From assembly GCF_009914755.1 (NCBI RefSeq), contig NC_060942.1: a DNA stretch of 64,000 bases. One strand, 5' to 3'. Numbering within the stretch: position 1 is the first letter of the stretch; every line of letters begins with the position of its first letter. The DNA is from the human T2T-CHM13v2.0 reference genome, Homo sapiens. The notes beneath the pieces were generated by a model, which worked only from the letters and a program-made list of their open reading frames with translations, ran no database searches and had not been told where the DNA came from. The position numbers and the translations under genes were made by a program. Below, one piece after another: positions 33,801-47,909 of this stretch.

Positions 33801-36800
33801 TTTATTCTTTTCATTTTTCAAGATATTTGAATCTACTATTGATAATTATGTACTTTGGAAAATTAGGTACAATTTATAATTAATGTTTAGTATTATGAAT
33901 GGAAAAATAAAACATTTCCTATGTGAAGAAAGTCAACTGGGAGAACCCAAACCTCTGCCTGATGTTTCATTAACAACTGCCTCTATTATCATCTAAAATT
34001 TAAATGCTTCTAGTTATAAGCATTCTTCTCATTGCTTCTCTGCATGTCTTGATATTTATGGGATCAATATGTAATTTAGCATCAGTATGTTTAATCATAA
34101 TCAGCCAGAGTGCTGTGTTTAGCTGAACCTATAAAATGTACCATAATGATTCAAAAATGTTTAATTTAAGAATCACTGCCTCTCTGCATATGAATCAGAG
34201 ACCTGTGTTTAATTATTGATAACAATTAGTACACAGAAGCAGGCAAACACCATGTGGTGGTAGAAATGCTTCTATGGCTGTCCTCCTTTCACTCTTGGTT
34301 CTAAAGTCATGCATCATTGATTGGGTTCCCCTCAATGGAAAAATTTGGTTTCTTTTCATACCCCAACTACTGGAATTTCTGTTGCTTTAATTGCCATAAT
34401 ATCAACAGCTACTCTTCTCAGAGCTAAGACAAAGCCATCAGAACTAGAGGGTAGTCAACTGGGTTTTTGCATCATAATCAGACCCCAAAACAATTTTTCA
34501 GTAAAAACTCACCTTGAATGCATCTCATGAATAATAATAAGAGTGCTGTTAAAGTGATTGAACCTCAAGGTCAGATGTTCAGAACAAAAAGCAGTGTTCA
34601 ACATATTAACTATAGCAAATGCCAAATGTTAACTAATTAGGTAAATATATTATTCAGAGACAAACAGGTGCACCTGTATATATGTGTATGTGTATGTGTG
34701 TGTGTATAGACAGCCTTCTTCTGTATTATAAAGTTTAAGAGAGTTTCTGAAATGAGGGTAGAGGTAACTACCAGGAATACTCTCAAGTGACCCACCATTG
34801 TTATCTCACCAGGACATAAATTGCCTTCATATACCTACTGTATCCTCAACACAACTGCTTAAGCCCAATGTGGGACTATGTCACCAGGGCCCCAGAGCTG
34901 ACACCTTTTTATTCCTTGTTTTTTTTTTTTTTTTTTTTTTGCTGTTTATCCATGTCATATACTCTAACGTATCATTAGAGTATCATTGGGCAAAGCTGAA
35001 TTATATGTGTACCAAGATCTAATTCTTCTCAGTCCTCTGGTTATGGGGCAGAGCCAGAGGCAGCTCAATCTCCTGGGAGGTCACCTGCAGCATCAAGTAG
35101 CCTTGTCCAGGTTGTATGGTTTGTCACAACATCTCCACATGAACAGACATACTGTGTAAAATTAGTGCCCGTTATGCCATTTCATGAAGCAGAATGCAGC
35201 CCAAAAGGGGTTCTGCCACCTAGACACATACTTTAGTAGCCAGTGACAAAATGCTTAATAGTACTTCATGAGCAAGGGGCCTAAGGAATTGCTAAAACAA
35301 CTTCTGGGTCAGGTACAAAGAGTATCATAACCTAATCAAAGTGAAACTAGGGTGGAGAATGAAGGTTTAACGGTAGTCTCAGGCAGTGTTCTCAAGGCTT
35401 AGACTATATCTGATTTAGATATCTTTGTCTTCACATGTATTGGTTATTTCTATCCATTTGAAGCTAATGTGTCCTTTGGTGGAGTTCAAGCTGGAAGGAT
35501 CAAAGTAAAAGCAAAACAACATGAGTAACCTGCAAGGTCTAATGAGGTAGAGAGGGGGCTGGTGGCAGGACATTTAAGGTTGCATTATAGTTCTGTGTGA
35601 TTTTAAATTCACAATGTGAGGCCCTGGTCCACAACCCAAAGGACTGAAGAAGGACTGAAGGGAATCAGATCTTGTTACACACATAACTCAGCTCAGCCCA
35701 ATGTTTGTCATATAGAACATGAGCTGGGTTACACAATAAGAAGAACATGAAGGAGGAGTCAGCTCTAAGGCCCTGGTGGCATACTCCCATATTGGGAGGG
35801 GCCATGCAAGAAGCCTGGGCGCTCTATCCAAGTTATTAGGGATCCACATTAGATCTTGGCCTGAAGAGAAGTCTGGGACATCAGGAAGAGTGCCTGAGAA
35901 TTTAAAGATAAAAAGAGGAAAAAATGCTCAACCCCAAGTCTCTGGAGTAGGCCAACGCATCTAAGCCACATGCCGTAAAGTCCTGCGAGCCTATGGAAAT
36001 GTTTCAGGTACCACGTGCAAGGTTGCAGCTGTACAAGGGAAATCTGGGTGTTCCACACTGGGTTCTATCTACTTTATGTTGCTTAACAAGTACCTCCTAT
36101 CTGTTTTACATAATAGATTTCCATGAAAAATTCCATTTGAAGAAAGTATTCAATCAAAAAGCCTCTAAAAGTTTACTTGACTAGACAATAAGGGCGATAA
36201 GAATGCAGCATCTCAGAAACCAGACTGTAGTCTGTTCTGGTGAGCATCATGTTTTGCCCCCAAGGATGGTTGATGGCACTTAGGCTTCTGTGCTGTTATG
36301 GCAGGTTAAAAAACTGAGATAGCCCTTAAAGAGGTGGCTGTCTGGAAAAGTGATGGGCAAAAAGACAGGCAAGGGCACCTGAGATCTGTACAACACTCTA
36401 CAGTGTAGAATGATGAGTGGGTTGAGTACATGCACTGATGTCTGCTATACTCTCAGAAACCAAGGTTGGCGAACAGATTCCTGTGCATGACCTCTGCCAG
36501 TGGCAGGAGATTTGATCAGACCTTTGATTTTACAAGAAAAGATACATGGGTTCTTCATCCAATCCACTGATTTAATCAAATTTGTGAAGAGGTTAAAAGC
36601 ATCACAGATTGCTGTATTATTTTCTTTATACATTGCCCCTGAACTATAGATAATTGTGGCTACAGCTGTTCATGAAATATTCATTCATTCAAGCATGGCT
36701 TAAGAAAAGTCAAGAACAATGAAATAATTTAACTGGGGCAAACTTGTTCTAAAGGTCACCCATATATTTCTTCCAAAAAATATTCTGGCAGAGAATCAGA

Positions 36801-37934
36801 AAAGATAATGATTTTATCATATAAAAATATCAAATTGAGCCAGGTTATTGCACTGGAAAAATTCTAATTATATTGTTTCAAAAATGTGCCAAAGAGGACA
36901 CATTTATACCTTGTACAAGCAAGTCCTTTTTGGTTTCCCCTACATTGCATGGTAGAACTCAGTCTATTAAAAAATTTTCCCCAAATATCTACTGCTATAA
37001 CCATGGAGAAGCAGGAATTTGGAAAGTTTGTGTATAAAATGTATAGTAAATATGTATTTGAGATGTGTCATTTTTCTATTCGATTCCTGTCCCTTCCTTC
37101 CCTGACTCAAGAAGTTCCCTTCAAAGTTATAATTTCCTCAGTAAGAAAGTTTGTAGACAGGTTCGTGGAAAGAGGGTTTATCTGATTAGAAATACGGTAG
37201 TTCATATGAGTACTTAAAGTTTGAAAATATGTTTCAAGAAGTCATATCTAATGAAGAATTTCAAAACCTGTATTTGAGGGCTGAGGTCAAATTGAGTTCC
37301 AAAAAAAGAGATCAACCTAGTATTTGTGATTGCTAACCATGCGATTGTGCATGACTCCCAGAGGGTCACTAGAGATATGTACTATGAATGAAAAGCAAAC
37401 CATAGGGTCTGTGGTTCTCAGTAAATGACAGCAACAAAATCCAGAGAAATTCCTGGTATAGATTTTGTAAAAGAGGCTTAGTAAAATAGTTCAAACTTAA
37501 TGTTTGTACGTTATAGTGAAAAGTAAATAAATATTACAAAAGAAATAAGTCATAATGAAGTCTAGTTAAAATATTGAGAGCTTATAGAAAAATATGCTAT
37601 CATGTTAGGAAAATTGTTAAAATTTTAGCCACAAATGTACTATAATTTACACAAATAAGAGAAGCACTCTTGAAACAACTGAATTTTAAGATTTCAAGGG
37701 ATTTTAAAAGTCAATTGGCTTAGTGGCTCCATTTTCAAACATCCCAAGTGGGATCCCATATAGAAGGCCATTGGTTCCTGAACCTACCTATGGGACCATG
37801 AGGAAATGGCATTCTGATTAAACTCACAGCCTCAAGAGCTAAGCAGACCCCTTACCAATAATACAACTTTAGCAAGTGACTTGACCTCTCTAAGCCTCAA
37901 TTTCTGCATTTGTAAAATGGGTATAAAAATAGAA

Positions 37935-38580
37935 CAGTTGATCCTCCTTATTCACCAGTTCTATATTTTGAATCTGCTTACTCACTAAAACTTATCTGCA
38001 ACCACAAAATTGATACTCCTGGTACTTCCATGTTCATTTGTGATCATGCACAGAGCAACAAAAACTTTGACTTGCTTAATGTGTACATCCCCAGCTGAGG
38101 GTCAAACAAGGCAACTCTCTGCCTTCTTGTTTCAGCTCTCCTACTACAAACGACTGTAGTTTTCATCATATATTTAGTGCCATGATGTACCTATTTTTGT
38201 GTTATTTGTTGCTGTCTTCACCAATTAAAAATGGTCCCCAATCATAGTGCTGAAGTGCTATCTAGTATTCCTAAGCACAAGACGGCTGTGATATTCCTTA
38301 TGCAGAAAAATGTGTTAGATAAGCTTTATTCCAATGTGAGTTATACTGCTATTTGCTGTGAATTCAATGTTAATTAATCCATATTCTATATTAAATAAGA
38401 TGTCTTTAAACAGAAATGTTTATAAGACAAGGTTATGTATTTATTGGTTAGTAAAAGTGTTATAACCAGAGACTCATAGGAACCTAACCCTGGATTTTCC
38501 CTAGGAGCATTGGTTCAGTGTTTGATAACTCATGACAACATTATAGAACATAACTACCATAAATAACAGTAATATACTCT
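37935..38580. mobile_element. MER82-like TcMar-Tigger DNA transposon inserted into a MIR
   Basis: cagttgatcctccttattc...cccagctgagggtcaaacaaggcaactctctgccttcttgtttcagctctc...ttatagaacataactacc. The MIR core (gcaagtgacttgacctctctaagcctcaatttctgcatttgtaaaatggg) lies to the left and its continuation to the right. Confidence 0.75.
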
Positions 38581-38822
38581 ACTTACCTCTCTCAGGAGAT
38601 AATATATTTTCATCTGCTTAGTACTGGACTCAATACTTGGTACATAAAATGCATTTAATAAAAATAAACACTGTTATTAAATACAATATCATAAGGAAGT
38701 CTTTTCCATTTCCAGATATTTCACATTAACTAACTTTTACTAATTTGTTGCACCTGAAAAATTGGTGTGTGTGCTATGTCTATCTTTGTTCAGGTGGCCA
38801 TTGCAATGCAAACCATGGCTAG

Positions 38823-39188
38823 TGCCTTAGTTTGTTCAGGCTGCTATAACAAATTATCATAGATGGGGTGGCTTACAAACAACAGAAATTTTTTTCACAC
38901 AGTTATGGAGGCTGAAAAGTCCAAGTTCAAGGCACAGGCAGATGTGGTGTCTGATGCAGGTCCCACTTCTTCATAGCTGGCTGTCTTCTCACTGTAACCT
39001 GGCATGGCAGAAAGGGTGAGGCATCTCTCTGGAGTCTTTTTTTTATCAGGACACTAATCACATTTATAAGGGCTTTGCCCTTCTAACCTAATTGCCTCTC
39101 AAGTTCCCTACCTCCTAATAACATTATACTGGGGGCTAGTATTTTAGCATGTAAAATTTGGGAGAGCATATACATTCAGTCCACTGCA
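38823..39188 (-). mobile_element. MaLR solo LTR (MLT1A-like)
   Basis: tgccttagtttgttcaggctgctataacaaa...ggaggctgaaaagtccaag...acattcagtccactgca. Confidence 0.8.
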
Positions 39189-39439
39189 GTAAGGTTGACA
39201 TGAATTTTCTTTGTTTCCTTATTCAAAACCTCCCCTTTGATCTGTGTCAACAAACACATTCGTAACACTCATTGAACATGGTCGTTTGACCTGTTACAGA
39301 GAAAATATTTCTCAATCATCAGTGTTTCCTGACTTTGGAGGGGGATTTAGATATAAATATATCTATAGATATGGATGTACCTACTTGGCAACATGTTATA
39401 GTGGGAATAATGCTTTGCTAGTGTGGTGGGAACAGCCTT

Positions 39440-39790
39440 GTTCACTGAACTTGTGAACTGTTTCTTCCCCGGGAGACACAACTAGATGACATTTCCCAGC
39501 CTTTCTTGACATTAGACTGAGTTTTACTAATGAAATGTGAGAAGAAATTATGCCACTTCTGAGCCTGGCCTATAAAAACATCCCACGTTCTTTCCTTTTA
39601 CACGGCTTGATGCAGGCAAAGACTGTGACTATGGAAGCTGCTGGTAAAACCTATGTGTTTGAATTACACTTGGAGGAAATTGCACATCAGTTATGAGCAC
39701 ATACTTTAGACTTTATATGAATGATAAATAAACTTCTGTTATATTGAACTATTATATATTTTGGCATTTATAGCAACAACCTTACTTATA
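39440..39790 (+). mobile_element. Old MaLR LTR fragment (MLT1I/J-like)
   Basis: acatttcccagcctttcttg...tgccacttctgagcctggcc...aaataaacttctgtt. Confidence 0.5.
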
Positions 39791-40933
39791 TAGCTGGGAT
39801 TCAGAAGACTTAAATTTTGGTATGGGTTCTACCATTAGATGATGATGAGGTTTAAACTCAAATGAGGTATTTAATTTTGTCATATCTCAGCATTCATCTG
39901 TATAATGGAACTAATAATGCTTTCTCAACCCATCATACAGGATCAGAAGAAACTCCTAATAAGATAATGGATCTGAGAGTACACTGCAAGGCATGATATA
40001 TGATATGAATGCAAAGCACTATAAAATAATTTGGGGTGCCCATGTCTCTCAAGTGACCAGTAAATTGAATTAATACATCCACTCTGTGAAAAACAGATCC
40101 TGCTTCTTCTACATATGAATGATTTCCTGCTCAGCTTTTGTAATTCTAATTAGTATAGATGGAACATCATGATATTCTGACGAGATGGTTAGCACATAGC
40201 TTCATGTAGCCCTGCCTCTTACACCACAATGTGGAAATACTCCCCTGTGTATCATTGTCCAAAGTGAAAGCACTAAATTACAAATAAAGGTCAATTATAA
40301 TCTAGTCTACAACTTCACTCAGGTCTAAATCACATTAATCTCTGCAGTAGATGTTTAAGTGAAAAATACACCAAAGTGTGATGTAAGCACTCAGGAAGAT
40401 GATGCTAATGGTTCATTTCTGAAAACCTAAAGAAGCGTTTCAAATTCATCAATCCATTTTTTCATTTTTTCTATTAATTATTTAACATATTGACTTTCAT
40501 ATATAAAGTAAAAATATGTATTTTAACTTAAAAACATGCTGATTTAAATTTTTTGAGGGATGTAGAAAATTTTTCATATCACTAATCATCAGCGGATTTA
40601 AAATCCACACTGCTAAAAATTATCAGATGGAGCAAGACACCTGTTTCCTTACAAGCTAAGATACACCTGGGGCACCACTGTAGGTGTTCCAAAATTTCAC
40701 CTGCCTCATCCCAGTCTCCACTCCCCACTCACCACTTTCTACAACACATCTATAGGTCCTATCATTTCTAGAATTCTTCATTTGTAAAGTATATAAACTT
40801 TTAAACTTTTACTTTATAAGAAGGAGATCATGATATGTATAATCTTTTGAGGATGACTATTTCCACTTACTTGCTAGGGTTCATCTGGATGATGCCACAT
40901 CACTGCTGTTTATTTGTTTTGACGGTTGCATAC

Positions 40934-41423
40934 TGTGGGAGGTAGGATTATGGAAAAGAAAGATGTTCTGGTCCTAATACTCAGAATGTAGGAATGGGTT
41001 AAATTACATGGCAAAGGAGAATTAAGGTTGTATATGGAATTGGTGGGGGTAGATATGGACATTATCCTGGATTATCAGGATGAGCCCTGTGTAATCATAA
41101 GCATTCTTTCAAGTGGAAGAGGGAGGCTAGAGGAAGCATTTCAGAGTAATTCTATGTGAGAAAGACTCTACTAGGCATTGCTGGCTTTTAATATGGAAGG
41201 GAGCAATGAATCAAAAAATATAGAAAACTTCTAGAAGCTGAAAAAGCAAAAAAATTAAAAAAGGATTTATCTCTGAAAACACAGCCCTGCTGACACCTTG
41301 ATTTTAACACAGTGATACTATCTCAGACTTCTGAACCCCCAGAACAGTAAATTAATAAATCTGTATTGTTTCAACTCACAAAGTCTGTAGTAATTTGTAG
41401 CAGCAGCAATAGAAAACTACCAC
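40934..41423 (+). mobile_element. MaLR solo LTR (MLT1D/E-like) nested in an antisense L1ME fragment (~40740-42500)
   Basis: ttacatggcaaaggagaattaaggttg...cagccctgctgacaccttgatttt...gtaatttgtagcagcagcaatagaaaact. Confidence 0.78.
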
Positions 41424-43354
41424 ATCACTCTTTGACTCTCCCATTTAGGAATGCTTGTGTTGTTTCTAAGCTGTTAGTATTGTGAACAGTGATTCTGAGA
41501 ACATTCCTGTACACACCTCTTTTTGCACATGTGCAAGTTTTTCTCTTTGGTATTTACTTCAACATGAAATTGCTGTGTCTATGGATGTGCAAATGGTCAA
41601 ACATAAGAGATCAATTAAAATTATCATCCAAAGTGGTTGCACAAATTTATATCCCTAGAAACTATGTATAATAAACTATGTAATTTTACATCCTCTTGAC
41701 ATTGTTAAATTTTTAAATTTTATCTATTTTTTTCTAATTGCATAATATTGATTTGCAATTCCCTGATTACAAGTGATATTGGGCATATCTTGTTTGTTTT
41801 CTGGTCAACGTGCTCTTTCCTATAAAATATTTATTTTTTTCACTTATTTTAAAGTTAGGTTATTGGGTTTTTTATTTGTTAGAGATTTTATGCATTTTTA
41901 TACTAATCCTTTGTCAGTGATGTAGACAAAAATTTCTGAGGACTTGCATGACTGAGACATTTAATTTGAGAGTAGTTTTAAGTAACCATTTAGGGTCCTT
42001 CAATACTTTGAAGACTATGTTGCATGTTACATGTAGCATAATCTTAAAAAATATCTTTGCCTTTGAATATGATCTATAATGTCTCTAAACTTCAGAAATT
42101 TTCTTGGTGTCTACAGTATTAGCATATCTCATTATTATGTCTACGTGTCTCTCCTTGTTGGCACTTTCTACGCACTTTCAAATTGTGGCATATCATCTTT
42201 TTTTAAATTATAGAAAATGTGTCTCCATTATTTACTCAAGTGTTTGTTCCTTTTATTTTTCTCTCTTTCTAGATTAGCTGCATGCCAGAATTATTATTTA
42301 TAACTTCTTTATATCTTAGCTGTGTTTTGCTATTTCTTTATTTTTTCCTTTTTTATTGAGGGTAAATTTATTTTTTAAATCTGATCTTATAGCTTGCTAA
42401 TTCATTCCTCAGATGTACTTCATCTTTTTGTTTTTAAAATGAATTTTAGGTATTATACTCTTCATACATTTCTGTTTAGTTCTTTTACGCTTTCTTGAGT
42501 TTATTTTATGTGGCTAATCTTCACACTGGCATTGTGAAATCACTAGTATTTCCAAGTGACCAGCTGAGATATAATTGCTTGACTGAATCAAAACACTCTA
42601 GGTTGTGATTCAATTTTAATCTTAATTCTTTCAAAGGTATATTTGTAATTTAAAAGTAAGAAACAAATAGACTTTTAATTTATAGAATACGTGGGCTAGT
42701 AGATTTTAGCAAAAGGTATTTTTAAATTTCTCAACTAATTTCTGAGCCATCTGAGCTCTCCACAAGAGGCACAGCATAGTAGGAGATATTTAATACTAAC
42801 TTCTTAAAGGCTGCTAGATTTAGGGACTGATTCATTCAGAATCAGTCCAGAACAGTGCCTGACTCACACACAGCAGCCACCCAGTAAATATTTGCTTAAT
42901 GAATCAACAAATAAGTACCTTGTGAGGATAGCATAATTTAGTGCTCTGCACTTCTTTAATTAATCAGAGTAGAAAACTCCCAAATGAAAATAGATAAGTA
43001 TGTTTCTGATTTGCCTGATATTTCTAAAGCTGTGTGGGTGGGCCACAACAGAATAATGTGCACCTTAGTCAGATTCTATAGACTGTGATGCTTTTAAGAA
43101 GGTAATGTGGTGCACAATGTCTCTGTTACATCATTTCACTGAAAATTCTCCACTATGGAGCTCAACAGAGTAAGTGTATACCTTTAATAAATACCAATTA
43201 AAGCATTTTTTTCCTTGGACTTGGATTTTTGTCTTGAATTTTTTAATGGACTTTATGAAGTTGAGGAGTAGCACCCTATAAAAACAACATTTCCTGCCTT
43301 CTCGAATCCTGTTATGGATCAAGTGTCTCTAGTATTTATAGCATTGATTTAGAC

Positions 43355-43582
43355 AAGAGGTAGGGATGCAATTTCAGTACAGGGCCAGAAAGTAATTATC
43401 ATAGGATTTGGGGGCCAAATGGTGTCTATCACAATTTTTCAATTTGCCATAGAGTGTGAAAGCAGTCACAGATAATATGTAAATGAAGAGGCTGTGGCTG
43501 TATTACAAAAAAAAAAATTCTCATTTACGGAAGCCAGTGGCAGCCTGGATTTGGCCTGCAGGCTAAAATTTGCAGTTCACTG
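43355..43582. mobile_element. MER58A-like hAT-Charlie element
   Basis: agggccagaaagtaattat...gtgtgaaagcagtcacagataatatgtaaatg...ggatttggcctgcaggct. Confidence 0.7.
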
Positions 43583-43639
43583 ACCACTGATTTAGACATT
43601 TCAAGTAATCAAAGACACATACATGGTTGGTTATGTCAG

Positions 43640-44330
43640 ATCAATCTGAAATCCAAGCCAGCATAGTATAAATTAGGGATTTCATATTTAGATGAAGCTC
43701 AATAGGCAGCCAAGGCCCAAATCTTAAAACATTATTATGATCAATTCCAAAGAATTTGAATTGTATCAATGAGAATTTGTTACTGAGTTTCAAGCAGGGC
43801 AATAATACAAACAAATCTTTATTTACAGATCAATCACAGGAGCAACGAGAGGGAGGTGAAGCTGGAGAACAATCAACTAAGAAGTCATTCAGCAACCAGG
43901 TTAACAAAATATGAAAGCCTAACTCAAGAGAAAGTGATTGTGGTAATTATGAGGAAGGTTGGATTTGCATCTTCTAATAGGTTTAAAATTTCCAGGATGC
44001 AGTGAACCTAATTAGAGTTGGAAAATGAGCAAGTGAAAATCTCCTAGAAAGATCCAGAGCTTTGTTTAGACTTGAGCCTCTGGGTGAATGCTGGTGCCCT
44101 TTACTAAAAGAGAAGACACAAAAGGCATATCTGATTTAATAGGGTAAAGTGATGAGCTCCTTTTAAGATACTGGAAGTTTATATTGCCTGTGAAGTATTA
44201 AAGTGGAAATGTCTAGTAGGCTGTTGGTCATTTTGCCTCTGAGCTTAAGAGGTAGGTGTACATGTCAAAGAACAGTGAATTGAGCATGGAACTCTGTGAG
44301 CAACAGTATATAAGGGAAGGATGAAGGAAG
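43640..44330 (-). mobile_element. L2 fragment
   Basis: gggtgaatgctggtgccctttact...gatgagctcc...aagtggaaatgtctagtaggctgttgg are typical antisense L2 segments. Confidence 0.6.
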
Positions 44331-45489
44331 ATGGAATTAGTGGAAGATCTGCATTACTGTTTTTCTCATTACCTTTTTCATCTTCCCTTCGAACCTTGAA
44401 GTTTTCCAGGTTGCTGTCGTTCTTCCCCTCTTTCTTTTGTCATTCTGTGAGTTTTTTCTCTGGACAGTTTTATCCATTTATACATTTGGCACCAAGTTTA
44501 TGAAACTTCCATACACTATTTATTTTCTGAAACTCTAATGTATTTCCAGTTAAATATAAATAGGTCCAGCTGCAGACAACATAAACTTAAAATGTCAAAT
44601 ACTCATCTAATATTCTTAACCCAAGTAACACCCCCAACCTCTGAACTCTCAAGAAAAAATAACATTGTCAACATCTATGCAGTATACTTCCCTTATCTTT
44701 CACATGTAGTCAACAACCCAGCACATGGACTCTCCTCAGGTGTTTCTTCCTCTCCACTTATATGATCCATAACTTTACCACCTCCTGCCTTAGATAACTG
44801 GACATCTTATCTGGATTACTCTGTCTCAATGTCTACTAATTCCTGTCCATGTTCCACAGTGCTGTGGAATGATCTTACAGAAAAGGAATCTGGTTGTTTT
44901 GCATACTTAGAACGATTTAGCCCATGATGCTCTCACCACCAACAATGATGTATGATGTAAGATTTGACAGCAACTCTTTTTGGACTCTTTGAAGGAATGT
45001 GTTGCCTGTCATCGCAAAGGAGTTGAATACTAATTAAGACCAAAGCCACCTGAGAAACAGAGAGAGAGCCTTTCACAAATATTTTACCGTGTTAATTTTC
45101 CAAATAAACTTCCTTCAATAATATTCTCCTCTTATAATATAATTCTCACATCTCTTTGATAAGAGGAAATAAAAGAACTTCTCAGGAGAAGTTGCTACTA
45201 TAATGTCATATTTTTTGTGTATTCCAAATATTAATAACCCAAATTCCAGACTTCCTATTCCAGTCACATTTTTTCCAACATCTTTCTTTAACAAGAGTTA
45301 TGTCTGGAACCAATTTGATGAGCTGGGAAAAGAAGACAAGGAGTTAATATAATGAACATCTCTGCTTAGTATTCCAAGCAATTTTTTCTTAAGATAAAAT
45401 TTTGCTTCTCCATTTACTCCTCCACAACTCTGCAGCTTACTGTTAATTCAATTTAAATATTATGCCTTCGGTAGTAACAACAAAAATGG

Positions 45490-45750
45490 TAAAATAGTAA
45501 TGATAAAGCTAACAATCATACATTGCTTCAAAATGTCCGGCATTGTAAATCCTATACATATGTTAACTCATCCAGTCTCCAAAACCAACAAAGGAAGTAG
45601 TTGTCCTTGTTTGGAGATGAGGAAACTGAGATGTGAAACTTGCTCAGGGTGATGGAGTGTATATGTACTTGAATTGAGTATGTATCATGAAATCTGATTA
45701 AAGGGTTCACGTTCTTATCCATTGCCCAATACTGCCTCTCTTAACTATAT
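45490..45750 (-). mobile_element. MIR
   Basis: gatgaggaaactgagatgtgaaacttgctcaggg core. Weaker MIR remnants also near 800, 1150-1300, 6320-6490, 33490-33630 and 39790-40030. Confidence 0.6.
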
Positions 45751-47229
45751 GCTCTACCAAAATCATATAATTAACAATATAAATTCATATTATTCTTGCC
45801 ACTTCTATCACTTCTTGAATAAAATATAAACTCCTCAGCTTAGAATACAAAGAAGTTCAAATATTACTGCATCATATTTTGTCTCCAGCTTCCCAAGGGT
45901 TCTTCTGACACTGAGTCTGGACACATAATGCTCCCACTTCCCTAGAAAATCTCTACATGATTTGACTAATAACTTGGTGATAACTGGAAGGATCACAACC
46001 TGATACAGGAAATTTGTTGGCATTAGTGTCTTCTGTAAAGTGCGAATTAAAAAATTTTGGAGTGCCATCTCAATTACATTCGAATCCTTAAAACATAATA
46101 GGAATTCTGAAAATGCATTGATAGATAAATTTCAAAAAGCATATTATAATCTCTAATTACTTAAAGGCTTAACTTTAAAATATAATATGTTTGGTTGTGT
46201 TCTTAATTTATTAATGCTAAATTAAAGACAAAAATAAACTTTTGTTTTTTGCATGTCTCATGGTCCCTAACTATGGAACCACATGTCACTTTTGATTATA
46301 TTTTGAAAATCCTTTAAATTATTTATCCATCCATACACACGCACACACAATAAGGTGACTCTTTTGATTATGTGAGAAATACATAGAAGCTACATTGTCC
46401 TGCATTTTATTGTGAACATTCAGTGTTGCAATCCCTAAGGCAGTGCTTTAAAACAGACTATTTTCAGAGAAAAGTCTCCTTAGGAATTTTTTAAATTAAT
46501 GTCTTCTGCATAATTGGTTTCATTTCAGAAAAACATTACAAATTGTTTAATATATCTATTTTTACAAATTTACGTTGTCTACAAAGTAGCAAAATAGAGC
46601 AGAAAAAAATCACTGGGTTGGTTTTAAACTGGCTTATTCCATGCATTTCTAAATTTAATATTCATTTGTTGAGTACCTTTTTGTGTGTTAAATCTGTCTT
46701 CAGGAAGTACACAATCTAATGGAAGATACTCATTCAACAGTGGATCTAATCCACAACTATTTATTCTGTGTGTAGAACATGCCTTGTATATTCTACACAC
46801 ATAAACAATGAACTGTAATAAATATTATATGTTTTCTGAGGTGGTCATGTATTGTGAGTGGGGATGAGTTTAATTTAGTGTGTTGTAACAGTGCCTGGGT
46901 GGGATGCCTTCTTGCCCTCAGAGACTGGATAGAGGAACCAGAAATAATTTCTAAAACGACAGAATTTACAGGATGAATTCTTGTTCATATGACCTTAGAG
47001 AACTAACTCAACCATTTTGAGCCTAAAATAATTTATAGGGAAAAGGATAAGATTTAACACAGACCATACAAGTTCTCTTATGAATTCAAAATATAAATTT
47101 TATAAATTTATGAAAAAAGAAGAAATATAGCTAATAAAAATCGAGAGCAGCATTTTTTCTTAGGCTCAAGATTTGCAACAAGGGCCTAAGTTTGAACTCT
47201 ACAGAGCCTCAATTAGAAACTAAAGAATC

Positions 47230-47797
47230 TATACCATATATATAGATTCTATAAATTCCATATATAGATCACATTTATATCATGTGTCGATCATATATTA
47301 CATCTATAGATCTTATATAACACATATAGATCATGTGTATAACATATACAGATCATCTATATACACACCATACATATTATTATCTATATACACACTATAT
47401 ATAGGTGATATATATACACATCAGATATTGTATATACACACACCATATATAGATCATATACATACACACCATATTTATAGATCACATACATACACATCAT
47501 ACATATAGATCGTATATATACACCATATTTATAGATCATATACATACACACCATATTTATAGATCATATACATACACATCATATTTATAGATTATATATA
47601 CAAACACCATATTTATAGATCATAGGCATACACACCATATTATAGATCTATATATATACATACACATTTATAGATCATATACATACACACCACATTTATA
47701 GATCATATACATACACACCACATTATAGATTATATGCACACACACCATATAGATGATATATATACACACACCATATATATAGATCATATATCTATAT
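47230..47797. repeat. AT-rich minisatellite, ~28-bp unit atatttatagatcatatacatacacacc
   Basis: Unit near-perfectly repeated across 47470-47740 and degenerate in the flanks. Confidence 0.85.
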
Positions 47798-47909
47798 AAT
47801 CCCCAAACTGTTTTGACATCTATTCATCATTAAAAAATTAAGTATACTCCCCAATATGTAAATATTTATTCATTTATAAATTACATAAACATGGAACACA
47901 CAGCTCAAT

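Noticed and set aside
36410-36450. ATGATGA...CTGA pair resembling snoRNA C/D boxes
   Set aside because: Boxes only ~20 nt apart, no terminal stem and no host intron.
47230-47797. Regularly spaced repeats resembling a CRISPR-like array
   Set aside because: Head-to-tail minisatellite with no unique spacers, in mammalian DNA.
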